Origin: Podarcis bocagei
Taxonomy: Eukaryota
NCBI GenBank assembly: GCA_964188305.1
Contig: OZ076895.1
Strand: one strand, 5' to 3'
DNA length: 64,000 bases
The notes under the pieces are model-generated. The model ran no database searches. It was not told where the DNA came from and saw only the letters and a program-made list of their open reading frames with translations. A program made the translations under genes and the position numbers. Shown piece by piece: positions 13,524-27,441 of the stretch. Position 1 is the stretch's first letter; each line of letters begins with the position of its first letter.

Positions 13524-14002
13524 CCGTATTTTTCGCCCTATAGGACGCACTTTTCCCCCTCCAAAAATGAAGTGGAAATGTGTGTGCATCCTATGGGGCG
13601 AATGAAGGCTTTCGCTGAAGCCTGGAGAGCGAGAGGGGTCGGTGCGCAACGACCCCTCTCGCTCTCCAGGCTTCAGGAAGCTATCCGCTAGCCGTGGGAG
13701 ACGCAGCTCTCCCACGGCTAGCGGAGAGCTTGCTGGCACCCAGAAGCTTGGGGCGCGCTGCGCTCAGCACGCCGCAAGCTTTGGGCTTCGCGCAGCGCTC
13801 CGCTAGCCCTGGGAGAGCTGCGCCAAGTGGTGCGGCTCTCCCACGGCTAGCGGAGAGCAGCCTGTTCTGGGGGCTGGGGTCAGGGGAAGCTCAGGCTTCC
13901 CCAGCCCCACACCTGGGGGGGGGGGATTTTTTTCTTTGTTTCCGCCCAAAAAAACTAGGTGTGTCCTATGAGCCGGTATGTCCTATGGGGAGAAAAATAC
14001 GG
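13524..14002. mobile_element. Tc2/pogo-like MITE with internal hairpins
   Basis: TA-CCGTATTTTTC...GAAAAATACGG-TA. Confidence 0.85.
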
Positions 14003-17000
14003 TATATCCATACTCAGGCCCTAAATTAGATCACACCAAGATACCTCTCATATTAGTTTTTTTTTATAAAAAAAAGAGGTAGCATGCTTTTGCTCACTTC
14101 GGTGCCCTGATGTCTAACAAAGGCATAATACTGCCTGTTCAAAAAGAAATTTATGTTACTGAAGTCATGATGATCTTGCTATCCAATCAAAAAGGCAGGC
14201 TTTTCTTTTTATTTTTAAGTGTTAGGTTTAAAAGTGTCTCAGATGAGATGTTCCAGTAAAAACAAAGAATTCTGCAAGTTAAGGGCATAATTTATTATAA
14301 GACTTATCACGCCTTTCAAGGATCAAGGGGAGGGAAAACCCTTAAAAGGCTAAAGAATGACAGTAACTTTATCCCTACAATTTCAGCTGAGTGTCAGAAG
14401 GCACAGCCAGAAATAAAGCAACAGTTTACAAAAAAAAGTTATTACTCCCCTCAAAGGGTATACCACAATTCAAGGGGTATGATCTGCCATCCTGTTGCAG
14501 GGCTTAAGATTCTACAGGCTTCCTCTATTACAAACAACCAGCAACATGTTTGTATCTCTTACAATTTAGAGAGGAGAAAAGAGAGAGAAAATACTTAAAC
14601 CCACCCCGAGGCCCTGGGACAGGCAGAAAGCCAAGATGATACTCATGAAAAAACTGAGATAACCTACAGAGAAGAAGCTTGCCAAAGTACCCTACTACTC
14701 ACTTGACTATTTCATTACATACTTCTATTATATACTGGCCAAGGTACCCAGCCATATGCCTAGAAACTCCATGCTAAAACTAAAAACAGCTATTTGATTT
14801 CAACCCAATCAAACCGAAATGACGTTCCTGACAGCTTAAAAGGCAAATTCAGGCAGAGAGAACATCCAACTTTTCACTCATTTCTCACCACAGCCTGGGG
14901 AAGTTTGCTTTTCTCTGTCAAATCCCTCTGATAACCACATGTAGTGTGAAACACACACAAGAAACCTAACAGTCAATTTTAAGAAATTTATTAAGGATGG
15001 TGGTAAGAGAACAAAGGGGAAAGGGAGAATGGGGATTTAGGAAATAAGGAAAACCTTTTAGAAAAAAAACAGGCTAAGTCTATGATCTGTATACTCACAA
15101 AGCTAGGGGCTTCATCATAAATAATGCAGCATCTTGGGTGGTCAGAGGGGAGGGTAATGGATGACAGAATGTTGGTATCATTCCAGTTTTTAGGGTTCTC
15201 AACCCATGTAAGATTTGATTGACAGATGGCTTTAAACAGCCAATCAGATAAGTGGCACACGGCCAAGAAAGGTGTTACCACCTTTGGGAAGTTGGGAGAT
15301 GGGGCTGATAAGACCTTAATGACTGCCAGATTTAGCCAACTTCCCTGCTAGATAACAGGCTTTCCTTAGTTGGTGTATTTGGACTTGGTGTGGAGCTACA
15401 TGGTATGTCTGCCTCTATGTCAGCAGTGGCAGAGGTGTATGGTGGCAGCAATGGCCATACTGAGTTCTCCCACCACCAAACTCAAACACATCTTCACTGC
15501 AGCAGCAGTGATGAGTTGCCTCACACTAGAAGCTGGCAGCACAACTACCATTGGGAGCAAGGCCAGTCCTACTACCAGAACCACCAAGAGTTCTCTTATT
15601 GTTAAGCAGGAGGCAAGGCTGTGCCACTGGCTAATACTGGCAAGGTCAGCTTGTAAGGTGTGGAACTTGAGCAGGGTATCCCAGAGGAGATGTCAGATGC
15701 AGTGTATATCTCACCTGTCACCTGGGAGCAGCCAGACTGCCTCAGCGGGACAGATGGGAAGCACGGATCACTCCCAACAACCAGCTTGATCAGTCACCTC
15801 CTACTGCTGAAGTGTGCTGCTTGGTCATTTTAAGAACAACTGCTTAAGAATTTATGACGGACTTTGATTTCCCCCCTCTTCCTTCCCCTTTTCCTTGTGC
15901 ACCATATTTTTGTAGATTGCAAGCCTGTAGCCTTCTTTTAATTGATTTCATGTATGCCACTCTAGAAGCCTTTTTAGATGAAAAGCGAGCTACAAATCCT
16001 CTTAATAATAATGATGATCTTCAGTATCCTTTCAAGAGAGGCAGCAGCATGGCAGTGGTGGGCACTAGGGAGGAAAAGGAACAGCAACCAGCAATTCTCT
16101 CTCCTATACTACCACCACTCATCCTGTGAAAAGCCACCAGCCCATCACACCAGCCCAAGCACAAGAGATGGGATTACTTTGAGCTGGCAATGGACCCAAA
16201 CTATGCCATCTGCCTGCACTGCAGGAAGCAGCTGAGTAGGAGGAAGGTTCCAAGGCATTGCATCACCAGCAACTTTATAATGTACTTGCACAGGCAGCAC
16301 CAGTCCTCTTGATTAGAGCCCAACAAGTCAATCAGGAAGGGCAACAGGTGCACACGGCAGAATGACTCTCAAGCTGCCCCCCCAAAAAAACACCCAAAAA
16401 AGCAGCAGCTCAGGCAGGATACAATGCAGGATACACGGCAGGGAAGTATGGATCCACCAGATGAACGCTTCCAATTCCCATGCCAACCTACTACTAAATC
16501 ACTTTTCTTGCCGCTTTGTGTGCACTGCTACCTGGGTGCCCATAAACAAAACCACTAGGAGAATACTGAATCCCTTCAGCCACCCCACCCGCAAAAAATC
16601 AACTTTAAAGGCGGCTAGTACAAAAACCTTCTTGTCTACAATTTGGCAGGTTCTAAACCTAGGGGGCCTCATACCTCCCCTTTCCATAACAATTGCTGAC
16701 AAAACACATGGGGAAACAGAGGGAATCTTTTTCTTTTAGCCATTTCCCAAAAGGCTACCCTTTGTGGGAAGAGTCATCCCCTCAGTAAGGAACAAATTTT
16801 ATCCAATTCTCTTAAAAAAATAACACTGAAGATTATCTATAAATATAATTTAAAGGAGCGCAGCACTAAATCTCCTGGATCTATTTGCCTGTATTTGCAG
16901 GCTTTATCCACTCTGAATAGGTTATAACACCTGCAAATTTTACATCCAGTTCTGTCAAAAGGGGGGGAAAGAAAGGTACCATCATTTTTTTAATTTTCCT

Positions 17001-17799
17001 TTAACAGTGAAGTGGGTTCAGCCTCAGACCCTGCTCTGAATCAGTCAGACTCTGGAAGCACACACTCAAGTTGGTGTAACATCCTGACAACACTTTCCCA
17101 GCCCAGGCAAAATGGGGAGGTATGGTTAGTTAGAGTTTTCCTGATTTGTTTGCTCACACCATAAAGGGAGATTTGAAGTAAAAAGTTCATTCAGACCTGA
17201 GATACAATCAAAGATGGTCACTGTGTCACTTCAACTGAATTAGTCTTTTTGAAGACACAGTGCCCTGAAAAGTCAAAAGCAGCTCACAACACATAGTTCG
17301 CAACAGCTAACAGTTCAAGGAGTCACCTTTTTTCCATACTGCATAAATCCAATTCTGCATTAATATACATCAGTGTTTTATTGAGAGTAGGATCGGTATA
17401 CTTTTTAGACATCCTAAAAAAGTAATTCAGCAACTAGCTCTGCAGGCAACTCAGCCAGGGGAAGGCAATGATGAATCCTTCTCCACTGCCTTCTTTGCTT
17501 CTCTTCCCAGCCTTCTTTAAAAGGCCCAGAGGGAGGGAGAGGAAAAAGGCCACTTTCAAATTTTTGCAACCTCCTTTCTCCTTCCCTCAACCTGGGCTAT
17601 TTGAGATAACATGGGATGAGTCTTTGTGCAAGAGTTCTAAACATGGCAAAGGGAAGAAAAAATGAGAAAAGGTGTATATTCTTTACTCTTGCAACACTTG
17701 CTTAGCAATTTCAAGGAGCACAAACAAACTACAGCAACAAGTCACCTCAAGAGTCTGAATTTTGCTGGCTGCAACTAGTACTCGCCTGTACCTTACAGG

Positions 17800-18554
17800 T
17801 AGGCCTGCTATATGTCTGGAAAATTCTTGACATACCAGGAAATTGGATGCCTAAAATGGAGTCCTGGGGAAAAAATTTGAATTTTAAGAGATGTCTGAAA
17901 TTTATCTTATGTATGGAAACCTGATTTTTTTATTTCTGTTTTCTGTCACCCACACCCCCCCCCCACTGAGTAGTGGAAGGAATGTCCCCACTTATGTGGG
18001 AGACCCAAAGCACGCTTGTGCCCCCAGCCTCCCAACACGAAGCAGCCCCAACTGAGGAGGAGGAGGGGAGTGCGGAGGACAGTGGAAAGAGGGCAAGAGC
18101 AGCCCCGAGTATCCACCAACCACCGGGAAAGGGAAATAAAGATGACTCAATTATCCTGCTCCCAACTTCCTCCTCCCCCGAGACACACTGCGTTACCTTC
18201 TCAAAGCTGCCATGGCTGCTGCCTGGAGGAAGACAATCACTCCCCTTTTTAGGATGCAGAGCAGGAGGCAAGGAGTCCGTCTAAAAGAGAGGGCACCTGT
18301 GGCTACTTGCTCTGGAGCAGGTTCAAAGGAACTTATCTCCTCAGTCCCACTCTCCCAAAGTGGGGGAAGGGGGGCTCTCAACAAAGAATCTTCCTTTCTT
18401 TCCCTGCTAGAAGAAGAACCAACTCTTGGAGATGCTGGGGGGGGGGTGTTAGGGTTTTTTTGTTTTTTGGGGGGGCAGGCCAATGACCCTTCCCCCTGTT
18501 TTTTTTCCCTTTGAGTGTGTCAGGAATTTTACTTTTTGAAATATGGCAAGCCTA
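17800..18554. mobile_element. Old TIR element, possibly hAT
   Basis: TAGGCCTGCTATAT / ATATGGCAAGCCTA (12/14 inverted); no matching TSD. Confidence 0.45.
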
Positions 18555-19835
18555 CCTGCTGTCCTAGATGCATTTAGATTACCATAGCTGTGTATTCTTA
18601 ATACATAGCAATATTTTGTATCAACCCATCAATATTTTTACCAACAGGCAGTGTAGCAGAACCAATGTGTACTGTCCATCATGCACAGATTAGGGTGTAG
18701 AGACAACACAGATATATGTTTACTCTACCCTGCGTCTATTAAGGATAATGAAAAGAGAAAAACAACAGGTAAAAGGAACAAAACAGCATGGGCCGGCAAA
18801 ATATGGCAGAATACCTATGATTTTGCACAATACTTGCAAACAAAGAGAGCGAGCTTTTAATCCCCAATACAGAGTCAACAAAAGGCACAAAGATACATAA
18901 TTTCTTCTACTGTACTGACTGGAAGGGAGGGATTATTTAGCTTTCTGGTGCAATCAAGTGTAAGTGGCCTACTGGTGCCTTCCAAGAGATACCTGCTTCA
19001 ATTCTTTGTATTAGCCTGCAGCATTTTACTAATATTATGAATAGGAGCTTTCAGTTCAAGTATCTGACCACTTTTGTTTATTCTCTCTTCCAAACATTTC
19101 AAAGACTAAATAAAATATTCTCCCTGCAACTCTTATCTGCCAAAATGGAGAAAGCTTCCTGAGCTTTCTCTATAACGTATCAATATGTTACTTTATTTAT
19201 GTATGTGGTTACACGTTCTTATATGTTGTTTCTTTTTATTGGTATCCCATTGAAAAAGTATGTCTGTAGAAAGGTACCATGGCATACTGCTGCTTGCCAT
19301 TAACTGAAGAGAAAACACACATGTTCCAGACTAGAGCAGCTGTATTTAGGGAGATCTAGAAGTAAACGAAGACATATTGACAGTAGAGAATTTTAAGTGA
19401 AAATTGCTTCGTATGAAAGCAATGTTATAAACACTGGGTTGTATCCAACTGGATTTAGGTTAGTCAATAATTTAACTTGGTTTATTCTGAGAATAACCAA
19501 TGTTGGATACAACTGGGGTGGCAGGAAGCTAAGTGGGAAAGGGCTCAAGGAGATAAGGGAGTTAAACTAGCCCAATCCAAGTCATGGCAGCTCAAAGCAC
19601 AAAGGTGGAGTACTAAAATCATGAGTGTGGGTGGGAGGGATAGGAGGATGTGCATGAAATGGTAGGGACTGAGGGTAGAAAAGCATAGCAGTGAGCATGG
19701 GTTTAGAATAAGAGGAAAGAGGGTTCATGGATGTACAGGATGCAAGTGGGAGAACCTCCCATAGTTGTATGAACCAGAGTACCTGATTTTCACATGGATC
19801 AGAACCAACCAACCGAATGTGCAAACATGATTTAC

Positions 19836-19998
19836 CTTGATATTTTGGGCATCAACATTTGCTCCAGCTTCTAGAAGAAGACTAATCACTGTGGTATTTC
19901 CTGCTAGCACTGCCCAATGTAGTGCTGTGTTCTTATGATATTTGTCTCCCAGATTCACTGAAACGTTAAAAGTAAGTAGCAACCGAGTGGGGTCCACA
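19836..19998 (-). CDS. ZDHHC17: ZDHHC17 exon 7 (VDPTRLLLTFNVSVNLGDKYHKNTALHWAVLAGNTTVISLLLEAGANVDAQNIK)
   Basis: 163 bp within ORF 19725..20027, CAG/GTAAA boundaries. Confidence 0.97.
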
Positions 19999-21460
19999 CT
20001 GCAAAATAAAAGCAAAATTAAAGCCATAAAAACAAGGACTTATCATTATCTTCATATTAATCCAGGGATCAGATCCCCTTGGTGATAATTCATTTGATCA
20101 ATACTAATCAGATTTCTTTCTCCAGTATTAAAAGCACTAATGAGCAGGGGGAGGGGATCTTCTTCCATGGAACTCTATAAAATACTCTATAAAATAAGTT
20201 AATGATTAGGGTTGGGTTTTTTTACTTTCTGAGGCAGCATTTCATACAGAGAGCCCCAATTCCCAGAAGCAGTAAAAAAAAAATATCATTAGCAATTCTA
20301 AGACAAGACTAGATATTTGATCTGCATTGCATAAATTAATATTCTTCCCCCTCCTTATCTCAGATGCCCAGGGGTCAATTTCAACAAGAAATCACAAAAA
20401 TGACATTTCAGCTTATATCTAGGATATTAACAGAGGGAGGGAGTGAGAACATAGTTCAGTGGTCCCCAAACTGCTATGTGCTAGATGCTGTATGATTCTT
20501 AAATGTATTGTACTACTTCTTTTATTTCTTATATTGTATTTTATTTCATTGTATTACAATTTGAATTCCATATAATTAAAATTGTGTGCTATTTACAGCC
20601 ACAGACAACTGTATGAAAACCCCCAACCTGGTTTAGACATACAGTTGGACCTGCCTTCAAAATGTGATGTTCCTTCTTTCGAAAACAGTATTACTATTTA
20701 GTCCCTTTTCAAAAGTTTTATTTTTCTTAACCCAGACAATACTGGTGATAGTTCAATCTGAAGAATATTTGACTACTCAGAAAACACACAAAAATAGCCA
20801 GCTTCTGCTCAGAGTAGACTACTGAAATTAGCAGGATTAGGTTAGTCATGTTCAAGACTTTTTTTTAGCCAGAGCTCACCAGAACACAGTTACAGCACCT
20901 TTCAGGTGGGTGCCACTGCCATAAGAGAACAAGGGAGGTGTTCATGGTGAATTACAGTACCTCTTTTTCTAGAAAAATAGAACTGATTATGTCCATTCAT
21001 TTCAAAAGGGCTTATTGTGAGTACGTTTAATATTGGATGTAGTCCAAAGATTTTGACTCTTCTTCTCCATAATAACCTAAAGTTGGGACAGAATTTTGAA
21101 AATGGGGGAGGTGTGCTGAACCTAGAAAATATCTTGTGTCTGTCTCTGAAGATGATAACTGGAAGGAAAGTGTGTAAAAAATCCACTTTGTGTAAATGCC
21201 AAAAAGACAGATATTTTCAACATATGTCAACAAAACACGCTAGGAATGTTGGTCCCAATGTGACATTCCTGTAATGCTGAATCAGTTTTCCTACTCATGA
21301 ATGCTTAGAAATAAAGCTCCCTTTACTAAAATAACAAAAAAAAAAAAAAAAAGATTAATCACCTCTAAGGTAAAAATATTACACATTTTGTATAGTTCAT
21401 TATTCTATTTGATTAGTACAAAAAGCTTCAGATTGGTCTAGTTTTGAATGAGCAAATTAC

Positions 21461-21525
21461 CTGTGTGTTCTATAAGCTGCCCACATCAAAGGAGTCATTC
21501 CATTTTGATCCATCATATCTACATC
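21461..21525 (-). CDS. ZDHHC17: ZDHHC17 exon 6 (DVDMMDQNGMTPLMWAAYRTHS)
   Basis: 65 bp, CAG/GTAAT boundaries. Confidence 0.96.
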
Positions 21526-21640
21526 CTGATGAAAAGAGCAACAGTAATCAGACATGCACATTTCTTGAAGTTGAAGAAAAAATATCAAGGACAAACTTCC
21601 AGATGTCTAGTCTTGAAGGGCTCAATAAATCATTATAAAC

Positions 21641-21778
21641 CAGGGGTAGGAACCTGTGGTCCTTTGGATGTTATAGGACTCCCAACTTACATAAGCCCCA
21701 GTCACAATAGCCAATGCCCCCAGATGAAGTGAACTGTAGTCCAGGAACATCTGGAGGACCACATGTTTCCCATCTCTG
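21641..21778. mobile_element. Degenerate short hAT MITE
   Basis: CAGGGGTAGGAACCTGTGGTCC...GGACCACATGTTTCCCATCTCTG imperfect inverted ends; TSD not clean. Confidence 0.6.
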
Positions 21779-22399
21779 TTAAATGGTGTTAAATGGTACA
21801 GTGATATAAATAAGCAAATATTTTAAATAGTGAGGTTTTCACACACTGAAAAATGCCTAATAAACCACATTGTATGCATGTAATATAAGAGATCAAACAT
21901 CATAATATATGCTACAGCACCATCTGCTGTTACAACTCTGCCATTTTTGCAAATGAACTACCCAAATAATATGTACATCTTCCAATCAGAATTAACAATG
22001 AAGTAGGAAGAATGAAATAATCGCACTGGGCAGGATCCAAAGAAATTTTCAACTGGTTCTGTGGACTCACTTCTGTTTCTTGAACAGATGGCTTCCATGC
22101 CATGTTTCAAATAGCTTTCAAAGAGGAGGGAACCTTGTTATACATTATAGTGTTTTGTGCAATGTAAGAAAGTTAAGAATCAAGAATATTCCACTCTATA
22201 GGTACAAGACTTTGGCTGTTTGACTAAAGGAATCTTTGGATGTGAACAATAATCTGAAATTCCTCGTATTTAACAATATCGTATTGGTTAAAGTTAATCT
22301 ACAGTTCAATCCTTTTAAGAGTAACAGATGCTTCAGAAATAATCTGCATATGCAGGGACAAACTTGAAAACCATGAAGATTTGATACGGGTCCATTAGA

Positions 22400-22930
22400 T
22401 GTAACTTTGAGCTCTGCTTGTCCCATGATAATGAATGCTTTTCAACTTGTGCAGCTCAAGGACATAGAGAGGATCTTTGGAAATCTGAGACTTACCACAT
22501 CTGTGCCAGAACCCTGCCCTTCCTGGCTCATTAAAGGGCCAGTGGGTCATGGGTCGAGTGGATAAAGGGAGTGGTCAATGTCTCGCTTAAAACAAGACAG
22601 GATCTCAGCATTTATAAGACCAATACGAACTGAAAAAGCCCTCCCTGAATCCCACCATATTGGATAATTATTGGTAAGTTTCCAATATCCCATTTACTGT
22701 ATGGGCAAGGTACTGGAATGTGTGGTGGTATCTCAGCTCTGTGGGTTTCTTGATGAGATGGATTATCTAGATCCATTTCAATATGGTTTCAGGCCTGGCT
22801 ATGGGAAACAGACAGCTTTGGTCACCTTGATGGATGACTTACAACAGGGAATTGAACTGGGGGAATGTCCTTGTTGATTCTGCTAGACCTCAACTCTGAC
22901 TGCTAGACCATGGTGCTGCATCTGCACAGA
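22400..22930 (+). mobile_element. Decayed L2-clade LINE reverse-transcriptase fragment
   Basis: YLDPFQYGFRPGYGKQTALVTLMDDL motif, with frameshifts. Confidence 0.8.
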
Positions 22931-23619
22931 CCTTATATTTCATACATACATTTTATTAAGCAGATGCACTATCTAGAATACAAATGTAAGAAAAATGTAC
23001 AGCAATCAGCAGCAGGAAAAAAATTGTGATGCATCACGGTCTGTATCTGACCATGTTGTACTCAAAACTGATAATCAGAATAGACCCACTAAAGCTCATT
23101 AATGTCAATGGGATTATTCAGAGTATAACTTGGTCAGGCGCAACCCAATGGATTCCATCCAACCAAGTTGCACTTGGAATAAGCCATGTTAACTAACATC
23201 GGATACAATATCATTAACCCTTCTGAGAAGAAAATACATTTGAATTATAGCTACCTACCCACACATACCTACCCTTTAGATCTAGGTAAACCAGAGACAT
23301 ACATGAACAATGTACCTTAAGAATGGAACATCCTTAATATTAATTATTTTTTTTGGATTACACGTTGAAATTTTACCTAGACATACTCTATTTTCCTTCC
23401 CATTCCTTTTTCTTTTCAAGACTGTGCACTTTCAGGCAGGGACTGATTTTTCTTTTAATACAAGTGCAACGCTTAAAAAACTTACTGACCTTATAACTGC
23501 TTGTTATCTTATTCTTCATCATCATCAATGAAAAGGAGAACAAATTAGTGTTTAACAGTAGAATGTCTTGGCCAAAAAATGTAAAAAAAAAAAATCTCCA
23601 CCTAATTAAATTCTGTAAT

Positions 23620-23805
23620 AATGCGGACAGGATCCATTCCGGAGCTCCAGTCAGATCCCGAGGTTTCCGCAACTGGAGGGACTGCTTCTGCTGATGCTGT
23701 AGAGCACTTCTAAGCATGTGCGCGCGGCGAAACACTTCCGGGTTTGCCACTTTCACAACCCAAAGTTTACGTTACCCGAGGGTAATGTAAGCCAAGGTGC
23801 TACTG
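23620..23805. mobile_element. Partial Tigger-like MITE (one end)
   Basis: Ends CCAAGGTGCTACTG-TA; other end not found; start approximate. Confidence 0.5.
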
Positions 23806-24146
23806 TATGTGATCCTTGAATAATGAAGAGCTCAGAGAGAAACATGGAGTAAAATGTGGAGGTCCTACTCCATAGGTATGGTACAACTGATCAAGGATTT
23901 TTATTCAAACAATGCAAAATTGATGGTGCAATCCTAAGCATGATTAATTCAGAAACAACTTTTACTGAGTTAAACAGGACTTACTGTGAGGTAAGTGTGC
24001 AAAGAATTACAGCTCCAATAGTAGCTTATTAATCTGGAGAACAACTTCATTTTGTGATATATAAGGATGCGTTAAAAAACCCAGGAAGACTGGGTCTTTA
24101 GATTCTACCACCACTAAAAACTACAGAAAGTTAAGTACATACATAC

Positions 24147-24291
24147 CTGCCCCTTGGCTATTAAATAAGCAACTATCGAGGTATGTCCAAACTGAGCTGC
24201 CAAATGAATACAACTACATCCTTCCCCATCAATTAATGATGGATCTGCACCATATTTCATTAGCTGTACAACCATTGATAAATGACCCTGT
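24147..24291 (-). CDS. ZDHHC17: ZDHHC17 exon 5 ([48 protein letters not shown])
   Basis: 145 bp, CAG/GTATGT boundaries. Confidence 0.97.
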
Positions 24292-25309
24292 CTGAAATAA
24301 TAAGAATATAAGATTGAAAAACCTTTAGACTGTAGTAAACCACATTAAGAACTTTACATTGACAAACATTAAGGTTCAACAAATCAAAGAACTCAAAAAA
24401 ACAGGGTTTGCAATGTATTTTGAATCCTAGTTAAGCAACACAGGTTTATTTTTATCTTGGTACAAATAAATGCACATATAGAAGGAAGCAAACATGTATC
24501 TGATCCCCTGATATCTGGCAGGGTCATCTATCCACTAGACACCTTGTCCTAAGTTAAGGAAGACAACAGGGTTCCACAAGTAGAAAGAAGATGCAATGGA
24601 AAAAAATAGTGCAAACTCATAAGAGCGTGGTCATTTCGACACCATAAATTTAAAGCAATCTTAAACCACTTTAACAGCCATGACTTCACTCTAAGAATCC
24701 TGAGAACTGCAGTTTGTTGTGGGTGCTGGGAATTGTAGCTCTGGGAGGTACCTCCAAATAACTCTCAGCACTCGTAACAAACTACAACTCCCAGGAGTTT
24801 TGTGGCAGGGCAAGCCATGACTGCCAAAGTGGTATAGGAGTGTTTTAAATGTATGGCGAGGATGTGACCTGAACAAGCCACACAATGCAATAGCTGTGTT
24901 TGGAGCACATCTGTTCCAGCTGTTTATTCGAGTCACACAATCCTGCGTGGATAGCACTCTACTTTTGGGTTTTGTTCCAAGAACTCAAAAACATCCTCCC
25001 ACCCCAATTTTTTTAGCTGCTCAAAAATAAGCTACTTTAAATTTACTTAGTCAACTTGTCCTGTTGTCAAAACCACACAGAAGATAAGAATTTTATTTGG
25101 GGTATTTCTAGTCATTAAGAATTTGGACAGCCAAGCACCTGGAAGTTCTATCTTTCTGTAACTTAACCAATCTGTTTTTTAAACTTCTACATGGTTTTTA
25201 TTGTCTATGCTCATGATAGATTTTTAAATATTTTGTTCTGAATAGCAGTATACAAATATATCCATACTATCTATAAACAGACGATCTATAAATAAAATCA
25301 AGAGAAGGA

Positions 25310-25820
25310 CATGAGTGAAAGTGCCTTTCTGTCACTGTTGTTCCCCAGCAACTCATAATCAGCAGCATGCTGCCTCCAATCCTGAAGGCAATATATAATC
25401 ATCATTAATATTAGGAATTGACAGCCTTATCCTCCATTAATTCACTTAATCCCCTTTTAAAGCTACCCAAGTTGGTGGCCATTACTGCATCGTTTGGTAA
25501 TAAAAGCCTTAGTTTAACTATGCACTGTCAAGAAGTATTTCTTTTTGTCTGCCCTACCATTCAACATCACTGGATGAGCCAGATTCTAGAACGATGACAG
25601 AACGGAAAAACATCTTCATATCCATTTTCTCCACACTCTGCATAATTTTATTTGCATTTATCATGCCTGCCCCCATCCCTTATCTCCTCCCCCCAACTAA
25701 GAAACCCCAAACTTGTAACCTTTCTACATGAGGACATTTCTCCAGCCCCTTGATCATTTTGGCTGCATTGGCTGCATCTTTTCCAGCTCTTCAATGTCCT
25801 CTCTGAGATGCAGTGATTAA
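25310..25820 (-). mobile_element. CR1 LINE 3' fragment
   Basis: Typical reverse-complement CR1 3' sequence, similar to 44880-45230 and 49866-50275; boundaries approximate. Confidence 0.65.
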
Positions 25821-25877
25821 TAATCAACAAATTTCCTCTGACAAAACTGAAGAGAAAAACGCTGAAATCTTCCCCAC

Positions 25878-25955
25878 CTTGTTGCCCAGTGAAGTGGTGT
25901 GGAGTTCAGGTCCCCTCCTAGCTGGTCAACAATAGCACCTTTTGATATGTAGTAC
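25878..25955 (-). CDS. ZDHHC17: ZDHHC17 exon 4 ([26 protein letters not shown])
   Basis: 78 bp, CAG/GT boundaries, ankyrin TPLHWA motif. Confidence 0.97.
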
Positions 25956-27441
25956 CTGCAGTCATAAAACAGGTGCAAATGTAGTAATGCAAGATAGTAA
26001 TTAAAGACATGGTTATAAAGAGGTGTAACACATTAAGAGCAACTATGGAAATGAATATAATTTCACAGCTTGCCCAGTGATTATGTTCTCCTTTATAACA
26101 GTGGCTTAAGATTAAGGAGAAACCAGGTACTTTTAAAGTGACTAGAGGTTAAATAACATATTTATAATTATCATTTATTTTAATATACAGCAATTAACTA
26201 ATGAAAAAAGTTTTGACATGGGAGAGTATCCATGCTATCAGCATTACTTTTTGACTGAGGAAAGAAAATCACACCACACACAAGTCCATATCCACTGTAG
26301 AGAGGAAACACTGCAATTTAAAACATCACAACGCAAGGAGCATCCTCAGAAGTCTTACGGGCAGTGTAAAGCCAGTGTCCAACATCAACCTCCTTGTACA
26401 CTGAGGTCATCTGCAATGCTTTCTTTTGAGTGCCCCTCACTGATGAGGTGGATGATGACTGGAGAAACGATATTTTCAGTTGTGACACACCATTTATGGA
26501 ATTTCTCCCCCAAGAATGCTTGCCTGATGCCTATGCATCTATCTCTTCAGTGACAAAACAACACCTTTCTATTCTTCGGGGCCTTAAAAGCAATGTTTTT
26601 CATTTGTTGGTTTTTCTACATTTATCTTCTTTTTAAAAAAATGGTCTCCTTATTCTGCTTTCTTGAGCTTTTTGGTTTTGTTCATAGAATATATATAATC
26701 TTATGAATAAAATCTCAGAAGTTGCATTTCTATAGAGCTCATCAATATAAGCAAACTGATATCTACAGTGCTAGTGAAATCCATAGCTATTAGGAGGCTG
26801 CATAAGAAGTCTGTTGATGGTCCACCTCCCCTCCGCACTAAGCAGTGTTCCTGGGATTCTCTGAGGACCTGCCTAACAGCAGATCCTTTTCAGATCAGTT
26901 AACACATGCAATGGAACATCACTGCACAGGAAAATTGAAATATACTGTTAAAAAACATGACAACCAAAAGCCATAAGTAATGTTGACTTCATTTTTGGTA
27001 TCATCTATATTTATTTATTTATTTGGAAATATTTATAAGCTATTAATCAGAGCAGTATGTATCATAAAATTGTAGTTAAAATACACCTAACACCTTCAAA
27101 ACTATTTAAAAACAATATACATGATATAATTATCATTACCACACAGATAAAATCAATAGGTAAGGAGTTGCAAAGGACATGTACTGCTACACTAAAACAG
27201 CGACTCCTTGCAAATGCAGAACAAATACTATGTGACACCTGTAGAAGTGCAAGTTCTGCAGATATAAGCAGTCAACTAGGCATGTGTAGGCAATGTGATT
27301 CTTGAAGTAAACTGGCCCCAAGTTGTTATTGCACTAACTGCAGTTTCCAGATCAGCCACAAGGCAAGTTCCACATAAAAGTGCATTGTAGTAATGCAACC
27401 TTGAAGGAACCAATATGGCCAAGAAGGGTCACACTCTTATA

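Noticed and set aside
15370-16740. Moderately GC-rich stretch with 65-139 aa ORFs, possible decayed transposase or retrocopy
   Set aside because: I could not recognise any convincing motif, tail or TSD; a translated search would be needed.
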